Source: an uncultured virus (IMG/VR IMGVR_UViG_3300032328_000910)
Lineage: Duplodnaviria; Heunggongvirae; Uroviricota; Caudoviricetes; Crassvirales
Virus record (IMG/VR): IMGVR_UViG_3300032328_000910
DNA length: 64,000 nucleotides
Strand: one strand, 5' to 3'
A program made the translations under genes and the position numbers. Of this stretch, positions 50,663-59,655 are shown one piece after another. How positions within the stretch are numbered: position 1 is the first letter of the stretch; every line of letters starts with the position of its first letter. Below the pieces are notes generated by a model, which had not been told where the DNA came from, did not search any database, and saw only the letters and a program-made list of their open reading frames with translations.

Positions 50663-52945
50663 TTAAAACAAATCACGATTAAAAAGGCTATTCTTATTGT
50701 GAACATTAGGCAGTTTAATAGATTGTTGTTCAACTTCTTTAATAATGAACTGCCCAACAATCCATGAACTAACTCTATCAAAATTGCCTTTATTAGACCA
50801 CTTAATAAGCTCCTTTAAAAAAGCTTCGTCAAAAATATAGTTTAGTAAGTAGATTGGAGTAACACCATCATCACTCTTTCCTACTTCTGTCAGTAACATA
50901 TCTCTTAGATAAATAGCACCAGTACCTTTCCTTTCCTCGGTCATATGCATACCATAACCTCGACCTGTCTTCCCTTGTACTTGTTTATTAAACAACATAG
51001 CAGGTTCTTCAAATAAAAAGTGAGTTGCTTTATGCTTCCTAAAGAAAGGTATAACGTCACCCCTATCGTTCTCAAATAACATCTTAGCGCGATACTTCAT
51101 AAGTAAAAGTAAAGTAGTGTTATTATAAGTATCCATAAGTGGAGGTCTACCAACCCATGAAGCTACACATATTCCACCTCTACTCGGAGTTATATTATTA
51201 GGACGTTCATATATATAAGTAGCACCAAGCGAATCGCGAGTAGTAATCTTCTTGGCATCTTTATCATGTGCATACGGGTCTTGCCATGCAACGTATAAAC
51301 CCTCGGGAACTAAACCCGTAGTAGGGTCAACATAAGGTGGCTGAAACTCAACTACACATCCGTGAACATCAGTGTTCTTTGTTAAAGGGAAATCAGTAAT
51401 AGGCGGGTGCGCAGGAATACCCATACTTGCCAACTCTTCATTAGTAACAAATACAACTCTACCATCTTTAGCCATTACAGTACCACAACGCATAGCGTGT
51501 TTAACTTTTTTATTATTCTGTACAAAAGCTAATTGCATAGCTATAAGTTCAGTAGGAAATATATTCTCACCAGAACGTGCAAACGCTTCTGCAGGACTGT
51601 TAGCTCTTTGTCCACACCAACGCATAAAAGAAGTCGCATCAGTAGATATTTGTCTTTGATGCTCTTTAGCTTTAAGAAAAGACATCCATGCACTTTCATA
51701 ATTAGTATTACCGTATTCATCCATGTGACCTTCAAGGGACTGTACGTGTGGATAAAAATAAGAACATGGAGTACCCTCTGCACCTTCATCCCATATATTA
51801 TTACAAGCTAAAGCTCCATAGGCTTCAGGATTATAACATACTTTCTCAAACGCAGCCCAGTTAGCATCCTTAGTACCACCTGTACCCCATCCTGTAATAA
51901 AACCTGTCTTAGCATCCCCGGCTTCAGATGTAGATGTAGTCACACCGAAAGAGTCGTCAAAGTTAGGAAACTTACCAAGCTCTTCATACTGTACTTCCCA
52001 AGCATCTTTACCTACAGTTACATCCGGATTATTCATTGTAGACTTAGCAATCCATTGACTACGAAAGCCACGTTCTTCTTTTTCACCCTCATACTTATAG
52101 CCAAACTTAACATTAGTCTTAGTGTCAATTAAACGATTCTTAGCCCAATCAGTAGAGAGATTGATATGATTACTACAGTTCTTACTCATAATAGAAAGAC
52201 CATCACCCTCAGTCAAATAATCAAGGTCATACGCAGCTTGAATCGTTGTTGTATTAGGATTTAAATCTGCATTATTAAACCCACACCAACCATTCCAATA
52301 AGACTGTCCTTTACGTCGAGCTTTACCATAAAAGAAATTAAGACCTACAAATCTTGCAAAACTTCGAGCTATACTTATATGATATTGTCCATCAAAGAAT
52401 AGAGGTAAACCTACATCTTTAGACGTTACATTAGTAGTCTTAAATTGATTAAAGAAATTAACTAACTTGTCGACACCGAGCTTAGTAACATAGCCAACTT
52501 CTTCTTGTATAACATCATCTGCTTTATCCTTAGTTTTTAACATAGGACAATAATTAAGATAGCCATATAGTTCTCCTGTAATATATACAAGTCCATAATT
52601 ACCATTTGCATTTATGCGGCACCACGCAGTCATACCATGCTTACGCCTATACTCTTCTCTATCCCAAAATGCATTATAAGCAGCAGTATCTTCATCAGGG
52701 TCTAACAGAGTGTAAACTCCATACTTCTTATAATGAATAGCTGCTTGTCGAAACACATCAGTATCTATAAACTTAATCTTCTCTGCTTCATACAAATACT
52801 TACCGTACTTCTCAAAGTTTTCTTTATAGCGATTAGCTACCCACTCGTAACCTATAAGTGGATTATTGAACTTCATTTCCTCTTCAAGAGAATAATTTAA
52901 TAGTTCAATATTCTTACTATTAGTTATCTTACCAAGTATTTCCAT
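50663..52945 (-). CDS. terL: terminase large subunit
   Basis: Walker A GKARRKGQS, Walker B YEELGKFP, coupling motif GTGG, nuclease motifs QDPY, FEN and GNFDRVS. Confidence 0.93.
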   Translation of the reverse strand: MEILGKITNSKNIELLNYSLEEEMKFNNPLIGYEWVANRYKENFEKYGKYLYEAEKIKFIDTDVFRQAAIHYKKYGVYTLLDPDEDTAAYNAFWDREEYRRKHGMTAWCRINANGNYGLVYITGELYGYLNYCPMLKTKDKADDVIQEEVGYVTKLGVDKLVNFFNQFKTTNVTSKDVGLPLFFDGQYHISIARSFARFVGLNFFYGKARRKGQSYWNGWCGFNNADLNPNTTTIQAAYDLDYLTEGDGLSIMSKNCSNHINLSTDWAKNRLIDTKTNVKFGYKYEGEKEERGFRSQWIAKSTMNNPDVTVGKDAWEVQYEELGKFPNFDDSFGVTTSTSEAGDAKTGFITGWGTGGTKDANWAAFEKVCYNPEAYGALACNNIWDEGAEGTPCSYFYPHVQSLEGHMDEYGNTNYESAWMSFLKAKEHQRQISTDATSFMRWCGQRANSPAEAFARSGENIFPTELIAMQLAFVQNNKKVKHAMRCGTVMAKDGRVVFVTNEELASMGIPAHPPITDFPLTKNTDVHGCVVEFQPPYVDPTTGLVPEGLYVAWQDPYAHDKDAKKITTRDSLGATYIYERPNNITPSRGGICVASWVGRPPLMDTYNNTTLLLLMKYRAKMLFENDRGDVIPFFRKHKATHFLFEEPAMLFNKQVQGKTGRGYGMHMTEERKGTGAIYLRDMLLTEVGKSDDGVTPIYLLNYIFDEAFLKELIKWSNKGNFDRVSSWIVGQFIIKEVEQQSIKLPNVHNKNSLFNRDLF

Positions 52946-52973
52946 ATAATGATTATTACATTTATTAAATAAA

Positions 52974-53005
52974 AAAGCCGCACTACTATTAGGTAGTACG
53001 GCTTT
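52974..53005 (-). terminator. intrinsic terminator upstream of terL
   Basis: Minus strand GCCGTACTAC-CTAATA-GTAGTGCGGC followed by T6. Confidence 0.7.
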
Positions 53006-53011
53006 GTGCCA

Positions 53012-53374
53012 CTATATAGCAGCTTCGTCAGTAGTATAAATACTAACAATCTTTTGGGCAGCTTCGGCGAGCATTTCAACAGTTTTAGTTGCCAGTCTTC
53101 GTAGCTCTGCATTGAAAATCAAATTAAGAGCTGTAAGCTTACGCAACTTACCATCAACAATCCAATCTTTCTCAAGATTTACGAGAACATCTTTAAGCAC
53201 CTCCAGCGCTTTAATAGTGTCTTCTGTAATCTCAATAGGATTGAGTGGACTTGCCGCAGTAGGCTTTTCAGCACTACGTTCTTTAACCTTTAAAGAGTTA
53301 CTTCTGTTCGTGTGAAGAACAATCAATTCGTCAAGACGACGAATCGCCTTATTCAGTTGTACTTGCATTTGCAT
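53012..53374 (-). CDS. hypothetical protein
   Basis: Start reassigned to ATG 53374 (MQMQVQL) to limit overlap with the upstream gene. Confidence 0.6.
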   Translation of the reverse strand: MQMQVQLNKAIRRLDELIVLHTNRSNSLKVKERSAEKPTAASPLNPIEITEDTIKALEVLKDVLVNLEKDWIVDGKLRKLTALNLIFNAELRRLATKTVEMLAEAAQKIVSIYTTDEAAI

Positions 53375-53939
53375 TAGTATTTTGTGGTTGATTAAAAAAA
53401 TTATACATTCCGAGTAAGTTATTAGTAACCTCTGACACATACCGATATAGTATGCGTTCATTAGTTTCATTTCCGTCAGTAGAATGAGCTATTAAATGCC
53501 CGTGGTCGCCAAGTAAACACGTCTTACCATTTTTATTCTCAATAAAATCTGTAAAGAAATCTTTACAAGTATACGCAGTAGCAACGTTATTGATTTCTTT
53601 AGCCGCATAAACATCGTGCAACTTAACGTAAGTTTTAAGTACTTCTACTCTTTGCCGCGCTTTGTTAAGCCCAGTAATCTTAACAAACTTAAATATAGTT
53701 TTATTGTCATTTACTTCCTTTTCGCAATATACATGATTGACCTTAAACAAATCTTCACATATATCAACAAGCTTAAGCTCATTGATTTCTCTAAGACGAT
53801 CAATTTTATTACCAATAATTTCACGTTGTTTGCTAATAGCATCTAAGATACTATCTTCTGTACATTTAAGTACATTAATCTCAAAGTTGTTTTGCTCAAT
53901 AGCTGTCATCGCTATCTGTAATGCGGTTTGCGTTTCCAT
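53349..53939 (-). CDS. hypothetical protein
   Basis: 196-aa ORF with N-terminal coiled coil. Confidence 0.65.
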   Translation of the reverse strand: METQTALQIAMTAIEQNNFEINVLKCTEDSILDAISKQREIIGNKIDRLREINELKLVDICEDLFKVNHVYCEKEVNDNKTIFKFVKITGLNKARQRVEVLKTYVKLHDVYAAKEINNVATAYTCKDFFTDFIENKNGKTCLLGDHGHLIAHSTDGNETNERILYRYVSEVTNNLLGMYNFFNQPQNTNANASTTE

Positions 53940-53943
53940 AACG

Positions 53944-54936
53944 TTATATATTTATAATTTTGTGAACATGACTTTTAAGATAACTAATGTTATAAAATTG
54001 CGCAGGGTAAAACTTACACTTACCATCAAGTCCAAGTATCTCTTCATCATACTTATTAAGCATAGGACGAATATGACAAAGAATTAAACCTTTACATTCA
54101 AGTCCCCATAGTTCGCAAAGATAAGCATACATACTAAGTTGAAGTGTATAAAGAACTCCTTTACAATTCTGTAAATCATTGACAGGAGCTTTTAATCTTT
54201 TATCTGTAAGAATAAACTCTGATGTATTAAGTTTAGCTTGACGATTAGCATCCCATGCTTTCTTATAATAACCAGCTTCAAACTTAAGTTCATTCTTATT
54301 AGTCTTCCAATCTATAATGTAAAACTCTTTACCGCGTACAGCTAATACATCAATAGTACCGCTAACCTTATGCTCATACGAATATACTCTTTGTTCAGCG
54401 TATAATACAAACCCAGCTTTAATCGCATTAGTAAGCGTAGTATATATTTCAGGTTCAAACAAACTAAGAGGTGAGTTTTTAAGCTCTTCTTCATTTAGAA
54501 TCTTAAACTTAAAGTTCTGTTCTATATTAGTAGGCGTACTGTAACTTTTCCCTGTAGAAACAAACCAGGTATTTATCGCATCTTCAAGAGCATTATGTTT
54601 ATCATTACCTCTATCTGTACTTTGTTTAGCACCATCGACCCACTCTTGCTTAATAACTTCAGGAGTCTTATAAGTACGAAAAATACCATTATACAACTCT
54701 TTAAGTCCATACCAATTCCCAGGTTGTTTATCAACTTGAACCCAAATCATACGCTTATTGGTATCGGGTCTAAGCTTATAACCCATTTGGTCTAAAGCTC
54801 TATACATAGCCCAAAACTCATTGTCGTACTCTTCCTCAAACTCTTTTATCTTAGTAGTAACAGACGTATAGACATTACCTTCATCGTCTGTATACTTATG
54901 CTGTATCGGGTCAAATAGTATCTTTACTTTTTTCAT
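53944..54936 (-). CDS. PD-(D/E)XK (Cas4/RecB-like) nuclease
   Basis: FD...HKY, SVTT, G...H, EQRV...SGTIDVL...IIDWKT and YTLQLSMY motifs; start reassigned to ATG 54936. Confidence 0.85.
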   Translation of the reverse strand: MKKVKILFDPIQHKYTDDEGNVYTSVTTKIKEFEEEYDNEFWAMYRALDQMGYKLRPDTNKRMIWVQVDKQPGNWYGLKELYNGIFRTYKTPEVIKQEWVDGAKQSTDRGNDKHNALEDAINTWFVSTGKSYSTPTNIEQNFKFKILNEEELKNSPLSLFEPEIYTTLTNAIKAGFVLYAEQRVYSYEHKVSGTIDVLAVRGKEFYIIDWKTNKNELKFEAGYYKKAWDANRQAKLNTSEFILTDKRLKAPVNDLQNCKGVLYTLQLSMYAYLCELWGLECKGLILCHIRPMLNKYDEEILGLDGKCKFYPAQFYNISYLKSHVHKIINI

Positions 54937-55081
54937 TTGGTTTAGTTTTACAACGTTCAATATCAGCTTTAGATGCAAGAATTGTTTTAGCTTCATCAAT
55001 CTTAGTCCAAGTAAGGTCAGTAAATACTATCACATGACCAGGGATATGTTTGTTATTAAACGTACTTCTTATATGTCGCAT
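54911..55081 (-). CDS. small hypothetical protein (56 aa, MRHIRSTFNNKH...)
   Basis: Not in the track; fills the gap and overlaps both neighbours' ends. Confidence 0.4.
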   Translation of the reverse strand: MRHIRSTFNNKHIPGHVIVFTDLTWTKIDEAKTILASKADIERCKTKPNEKSKDTI

Positions 55082-55226
55082 TTGTAGCTTTAGATTTTTT
55101 AATAAATTTAGGTTTATTACCAGTTAGCATAATAAGTATTTCTTCTTCTTGAAGAAGAAAAGTGGTAGTTGTAAAACCTTTACGACGTAGTTTTGCAACA
55201 TTAATTTCTTTTACAGGAGTACTCAT
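55056..55226 (-). CDS. small basic hypothetical protein (56 aa)
   Basis: ATG 55226 after an AT-rich leader, just downstream of the tRNA-like gene. Confidence 0.45.
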   Translation of the reverse strand: MSTPVKEINVAKLRRKGFTTTTFLLQEEEILIMLTGNKPKFIKKSKATNATYKKYV

Positions 55227-55243
55227 AATTATATATTTATTTG

Positions 55244-55350
55244 CATCAAGGGTGGGATTCGAACCCACAACTTTATTACTAAAGTGAATTACCTCATTAA
55301 CACTAACAGTGCTAACTTCAATCGCTGTATACCAATTCCGCCACCTTGAT
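55244..55350 (-). tRNA. atypical class-II tRNA-like RNA with elongated anticodon arm (apical loop CT-GTT-AG)
   Basis: 7-bp acceptor ATCAAGG/CCTTGAT, D-arm TGGCGGAATTGGTATAC, T-arm GTGGG-TTCGAAT-CCCAC, variable hairpin CTTTA-GTAA-TAAAG, discriminator G. Confidence 0.75.
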
Positions 55351-55374
55351 TACCGTTAAGTATTATTTAATATT

Positions 55375-55644
55375 TTATTGTTGTACAACGTCCTTATCTA
55401 CATCATAATCACTTCCGGCACTTACAGCTTTAGCTTGTTCAAAAGCTTTAATAGCTTTTTGCTTTTCAAGTTCTTTTTCATACCATTCATTATTACCATG
55501 CGTAGCTGCACGTTGTTTCATTTTTTCAATAAAATCAGCTTCGTCTTGAGAACGCTCAGGTACACTTTTAACGTCATTACTGAATGTACGTATCATCAAT
55601 GCTATAAGCAAAGATACCACAAAAAAACTAAATAACAAAACCAT
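55375..55644 (-). CDS. small membrane-anchored protein
   Basis: N-terminal TM helix and charged coil; in the lysis neighbourhood. Confidence 0.55.
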   Translation of the reverse strand: MVLLFSFFVVSLLIALMIRTFSNDVKSVPERSQDEADFIEKMKQRAATHGNNEWYEKELEKQKAIKAFEQAKAVSAGSDYDVDKDVVQQ

Positions 55645-55651
55645 AAGGCAT

Positions 55652-55906
55652 TTAATTTAAAAATTGATTAATTAACATACTAATACCAGCACCACTTGCA
55701 TAACCTAAACCAGCTATAATAGTACCTCTTAGTTGTTCTGTTTTTGAATCCGCATTCTGAACTATATAAGATAATAACACCAAGTTTAACAACGGCGCTA
55801 TAAACTCTAATAACATGACTATCACAATCACATTGTTCACTATGCTTAGCGTATTAACTATTGACAGTAACGACAATAGTAACGCAGAGAAATACAAGCC
55901 AAACAT
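55652..55906 (-). CDS. putative holin
   Basis: 84 aa with 2-3 hydrophobic helices, immediately downstream of the amidase. Confidence 0.5.
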   Translation of the reverse strand: MFGLYFSALLLSLLSIVNTLSIVNNVIVIVMLLEFIAPLLNLVLLSYIVQNADSKTEQLRGTIIAGLGYASGAGISMLINQFLN

Positions 55907-55908
55907 GA

Positions 55909-56601
55909 TTACGGTCTTCTAACCGCCCACTCAAGCCATTCAGCTTTGAGGTCAGTATCCGCTTGCATATATTCATCAGTCATAAGAATCTTTGCATCTT
56001 CTGCATTGTCAAAGAACAAAGTTTCAAATAGAACAGCAGGCATAATCGTTTGTACAAGTACATAGAACTTAGCCTCATAATCGCCGTCGCCATCTGTACG
56101 TTGCTGTATAAGTTTAAGCTTATTGTGCGCAAGCTCTTGCGTAAACTTAGTACTATACATTTCAATGAACTTCTCTGCAAGTTCGTCACTCGGACTATAC
56201 CCAGGCGCAGTCCAAATAGACATTCCACGTGCAGTAGTATTAATAGGGTTAGTTGGACCGGTAATAGCATTGCTATGTTCACTAACATAAATACCAGGTT
56301 GCACTGTACTATGATACATATTGGCAATGTTAACTCGGTGCGCCAAATCAGTATCTTTCCAATTATGACAGACGGGTACTACGTGAATGCCACGCTTAAT
56401 CAGCTTCTCGGCTAACACCAATCCATAATCGGCGTTCTTAACTCCTTCATAAAAAGTACCTCTATCATGCATAGAAGTAGTATCTTTATGCGTGTACATT
56501 TTAGAAGGTGCAGTTGTGTACTTACGAGCGTGGTCAAGTTTACCATGACCCATGTCTAAGAAGACACATTTATCCAGCGGTTTGCGATACATTATCGTCA
56601 T
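55909..56601 (-). CDS. N-acetylmuramoyl-L-alanine amidase (Amidase_3) endolysin
   Basis: LDMGHG, E, L..RV..AN, VSEHSNA and FYVL..T.MPAVLFE..FFDN..D motifs. Confidence 0.92.
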   Translation of the reverse strand: MTIMYRKPLDKCVFLDMGHGKLDHARKYTTAPSKMYTHKDTTSMHDRGTFYEGVKNADYGLVLAEKLIKRGIHVVPVCHNWKDTDLAHRVNIANMYHSTVQPGIYVSEHSNAITGPTNPINTTARGMSIWTAPGYSPSDELAEKFIEMYSTKFTQELAHNKLKLIQQRTDGDGDYEAKFYVLVQTIMPAVLFETLFFDNAEDAKILMTDEYMQADTDLKAEWLEWAVRRP

Positions 56602-57034
56602 CTTGATTGTGATTTTGTTTTAGTTTATAATAATGTTCAAGTTCAGCTTGTTCAAGCCATGTAGATAAAGCAACACGATTATCATATTGCGACAACATAG
56701 TGTCTTTATATTCAATACCACGTTTCATTTCAAAATGCACATCAATTTTATCACTATCTTCAGCTTTTTTAATTCCAGATAGCTTTAGATACCAATCTTT
56801 ACGTGGATAATTATACGGAGGTAATATATCATCAGGTAGTTGAAGCGGTTTTTCATTTGGAAATGGTTGACTAAGTGTAAGTTGTTTTGCACGTTGAAGC
56901 TTATCAATACGCTTTTGTAAACGATTAATCTCTTCGTCAATCATTTCGATTGACAATGGAATGTTTATGTAGCACATACTAATTAATTGAATTAGGATTA
57001 TAAACAATGTCAATATGTTTAGCAAAACAAACAT
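56570..57034 (-). CDS. hypothetical protein
   Basis: ORF in a packed operon; start uncertain. Confidence 0.55.
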   Translation of the reverse strand: MFVLLNILTLFIILIQLISMCYINIPLSIEMIDEEINRLQKRIDKLQRAKQLTLSQPFPNEKPLQLPDDILPPYNYPRKDWYLKLSGIKKAEDSDKIDVHFEMKRGIEYKDTMLSQYDNRVALSTWLEQAELEHYYKLKQNHNQDDDNVSQTAG

Positions 57035-57036
57035 AT

Positions 57037-57411
57037 TTAAAGAGCTTTAACAAGCTCGTGATAACGTTTAAGACTACCGTATCTTTCATACGCGTAAAAC
57101 TTATATTTAGTAGGGAAGATAAAATCACCTTCTTTACCTTTAAACATACGTATAAATTTATCAAGAGATATAGTAACTTCTGTTTCTGCATTTAAGTTTT
57201 GAACTAAAACTTTATCACCTTGCTTAATAAAGTTTCTACATTCTTGACCTTTACGTTGTAACCAATTCTTTTTTACAGGGTTATCGACCGTTACAGTACT
57301 AACTTTCTTCATTTTACCTCTAAATTTAAGTGGACAATAATTATCACACTCAACTTGCATAAGATAATCAAATATAAGTCCACCAAGTTCACCAGTATGA
57401 AATATAATCAT
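57037..57411 (-). CDS. hypothetical protein
   Basis: 124-aa ORF with A-rich leader. Confidence 0.6.
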   Translation of the reverse strand: MIIFHTGELGGLIFDYLMQVECDNYCPLKFRGKMKKVSTVTVDNPVKKNWLQRKGQECRNFIKQGDKVLVQNLNAETEVTISLDKFIRMFKGKEGDFIFPTKYKFYAYERYGSLKRYHELVKAL

Positions 57412-57507
57412 AATATTAATTTGTTTTAAACTATGGGTAAGTGGAAGATTAACTGTGAGAACTATATCTTCAAACCAATTAACCCAACTTACCCTTTTAT
57501 CAATATA

Positions 57508-58191
57508 TTATTTAGGGTCTTCTCTACGACCTTTAGTTTTATTACCCGCAAGCTTCTTAGCTTGAGCTTCTTCTTCGTCAACTGCTTTTTCGAGTTTACG
57601 TATAGCTTCAATATTAGATGGAAGCTGCTTAGATATAGTCATCATACTTTCAAGGTTAGTTTGAAGTAAACTATTACTATTAGCCAAACTCATCAAGCAT
57701 TTATCACGTTCTTCTGCATCCAGAGTTTCATCCATAAGCAAAGTGTTCATAGCTTTGTTATTGCTATTGATAACATAATTCATTTGCTCACTGTAAGTAT
57801 CAATAGCATAACTCGAAAGCATCATACCTTTATTAAGAGATATAAGAATACGTGCACTCGGTATCTCATCATCAATATGCTCAATGTAACGAGTAATACA
57901 AGATTGAATAAGAGCATCTACTTTGAAAGTACGAGTATCTAAACCCGCATCTTTAATCGCTCTTGTCATCCTTTCTTTATCAGGAATTGCAGCAACTCTA
58001 CTTCGATAATTAGCATACAAGTATATGAACTTAAATATCAGCAAGTGCATATGTTTCTTACGACCATCATGGTCGCCTTCCATAAACATTCTCGTTTTGA
58101 TAAGTTTATTAAAAGGATATATTACATACACATCGTCGTGGAGTTCTACATCTCCAGTATCTTTATTAATTTTAATTAGTTGTGGAATCAT
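57508..58191 (-). CDS. conserved crAss-like protein (possible terminase small subunit)
   Basis: FIY.....S.......ER...A..DAGL......D..I......Y motif with a C-terminal coiled coil; start reassigned to ATG 58191; function is inferred. Confidence 0.55.
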   Translation of the reverse strand: MIPQLIKINKDTGDVELHDDVYVIYPFNKLIKTRMFMEGDHDGRKKHMHLLIFKFIYLYANYRSRVAAIPDKERMTRAIKDAGLDTRTFKVDALIQSCITRYIEHIDDEIPSARILISLNKGMMLSSYAIDTYSEQMNYVINSNNKAMNTLLMDETLDAEERDKCLMSLANSNSLLQTNLESMMTISKQLPSNIEAIRKLEKAVDEEEAQAKKLAGNKTKGRREDPK

Positions 58192-58244
58192 AACTTTAGT
58201 TTTAATTTCCCTGTAAAAAGAACTGCTCGAAAGCAGCAAATAAA

Positions 58245-58275
58245 AAGGGCTAAGTTGATTATCAACCCAGCCCTT
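58245..58275 (-). terminator. intrinsic terminator
   Basis: Minus strand AAGGGCTGGGTTGAT-A-ATCAACTTAGCCCTT followed by TTTATTT. Confidence 0.6.
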
Positions 58276-58413
58276 AACCCCAATCGTTTTAATCCTAAAA
58301 CAAACCTATATAAAATCATGAACAGCCTAATCTTCAACTACAAGTTACATTTGGTTCGGATGTACAGTCATTGCTAAGAATACTGTATGCCGTTCTTATA
58401 GTTATTAGTCTAT

Positions 58414-58698
58414 CTATAAGATAGACTCTACGTTCTTAAAACGTTTATTAATACCTAATTCTTCAAAGCGTTCATTAATCTTGTTAACGCGTTTAGCACT
58501 TACTTGAAAAGAACCAAACGCACTAAGCCTAATAGATTGTTGTTTAGACATGGCGTGAGATACAGCAACAAACTGAAAGTCAATAATATTAAATACGTCT
58601 TCATCACTTAGAGGAGGTTTATCATCAAACCGCCCTGACTTCTTTAATCTTTCATTTACCTTCTTAGCTATTGCTAATGTAGTTTCTTCTTTACGCAT
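58414..58698 (-). CDS. HU/IHF-like DNA-binding protein
   Basis: LS.EDV..II..QF..V...M.....IRLSAFGSFQV HU-type signature; ATG 58698 overlaps the upstream stop. Confidence 0.7.
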   Translation of the reverse strand: MRKEETTLAIAKKVNERLKKSGRFDDKPPLSDEDVFNIIDFQFVAVSHAMSKQQSIRLSAFGSFQVSAKRVNKINERFEELGINKRFKNVESIL

Positions 58699-59083
58699 TA
58701 CTTTGATTACGTTTAGAATCTGCAAGTGCGACAAGAGATATAAACCCTTCGGTCAATAACTTCCTCATTAAGTGAATCTCTGACATAATCAGAGCTTCAG
58801 GTTTAGGGTGATTACCAACGTGAAGATTATACTCATGTACAACTTTCATATCCTCAAGATTAACGGAATTGGTTTCGTCAACAACACCGATAAGGATAGA
58901 AACAGTAGCATAGTTCTCTGATGTAGCAGTAAGTAAAGAAATGCGAGGTTTAATTGCAAACTCAACTGCATATCTATAATCAAGTTTATTGTTCTTAGCT
59001 ATTGTATTAGCGTGTTCAACAATACCTTCAACTACACCGAGTAGTATGTCTTTTTGATGTTTAAGATTTTCTATTGTTTCCAT
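58691..59083 (-). CDS. hypothetical protein, first gene of the late block
   Basis: 130-aa ORF directly below the host-type promoter. Confidence 0.65.
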   Translation of the reverse strand: METIENLKHQKDILLGVVEGIVEHANTIAKNNKLDYRYAVEFAIKPRISLLTATSENYATVSILIGVVDETNSVNLEDMKVVHEYNLHVGNHPKPEALIMSEIHLMRKLLTEGFISLVALADSKRNQSNA

Positions 59084-59103
59084 TGTTATCGTTTTTGTTA
59101 GTA

Positions 59104-59135
59104 CAAAGATAGTAACCTTTTATCTAATATCCAAA
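59104..59135 (-). promoter_or_regulatory. Bacteroidota sigma-A promoter heading the late operon
   Basis: Minus strand TTTG (59132-59135)-N20-TATCTTTG (59104-59111), matching the -33/-7 consensus; about 20 nt upstream of ATG 59083. Confidence 0.75.
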
Positions 59136-59527
59136 CATTATACAAACTAACTTGTAAATTTATTATTAAGTTCCACTATAAGACAATTCATTTGATACAA
59201 TTTGATTGTACGCCATTATATATAAGGCGTTGCCTATCTATCAGTAAATAGAAAATAAGGTCTGAAACGGGCAGCCACGCAACATTACAGCCATATAACA
59301 GCACCCGACCACCCGACCAAAGTTTAAAAAGAAGAGATGGTAATGAGGATGACGGAGTTGAGCAGCTTAGACATTATGATATGTGTCGTTGTAGAGTTAA
59401 GGATTGGTATTAGTGTTAAGGTTTAAATTGTTAATTTTAGTAATTAGGTAAAGTAGTAATGTGAGGGTTTAATTTAGCGATAGTGTAGGGATATATTAAG
59501 AGAGTGCGGTAACCACCAAAATCTTAT

Positions 59528-59649
59528 CCCCCTAAAAGTTTTGACAATTAAACCACCCCGGGGTCAAGTTGATGAAAAAATTAATAGACTATTTAGGGTT
59601 GGCATTAGAAATGTTTATAAGGTATTATTGTCAAAACTTTAATAGGGGG
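59528..59649. repeat. inverted repeat with internal palindrome
   Basis: CCCCCTAAAAGTTTTGACAAT (59528-59548) and ATTGTCAAAACTTTAATAGGGGG (59627-59649); ACCCCGGGGT at 59555-59564. Confidence 0.8.
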
Positions 59650-59655
59650 CTTTGC

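Noticed and set aside
45513..52945. Introns, inteins or homing endonucleases in terL, portal or MCP
   Set aside because: All three are continuous, of typical size, with no intein, HNH or LAGLIDADG motifs seen.
53944..54936. cas4 as part of a CRISPR-Cas system
   Set aside because: A standalone PD-(D/E)XK nuclease is usual near crAss terL; there is no four-Cys Fe-S pattern or other cas gene.
5267..59083. Many plus-strand and nested ORFs in the track (e.g. 6737-7369, 26754-27458, 47402-48145)
   Set aside because: They are antisense or alternate-frame shadows of long genuine genes, with Phe/Ser/Ile-rich composition and no motifs.
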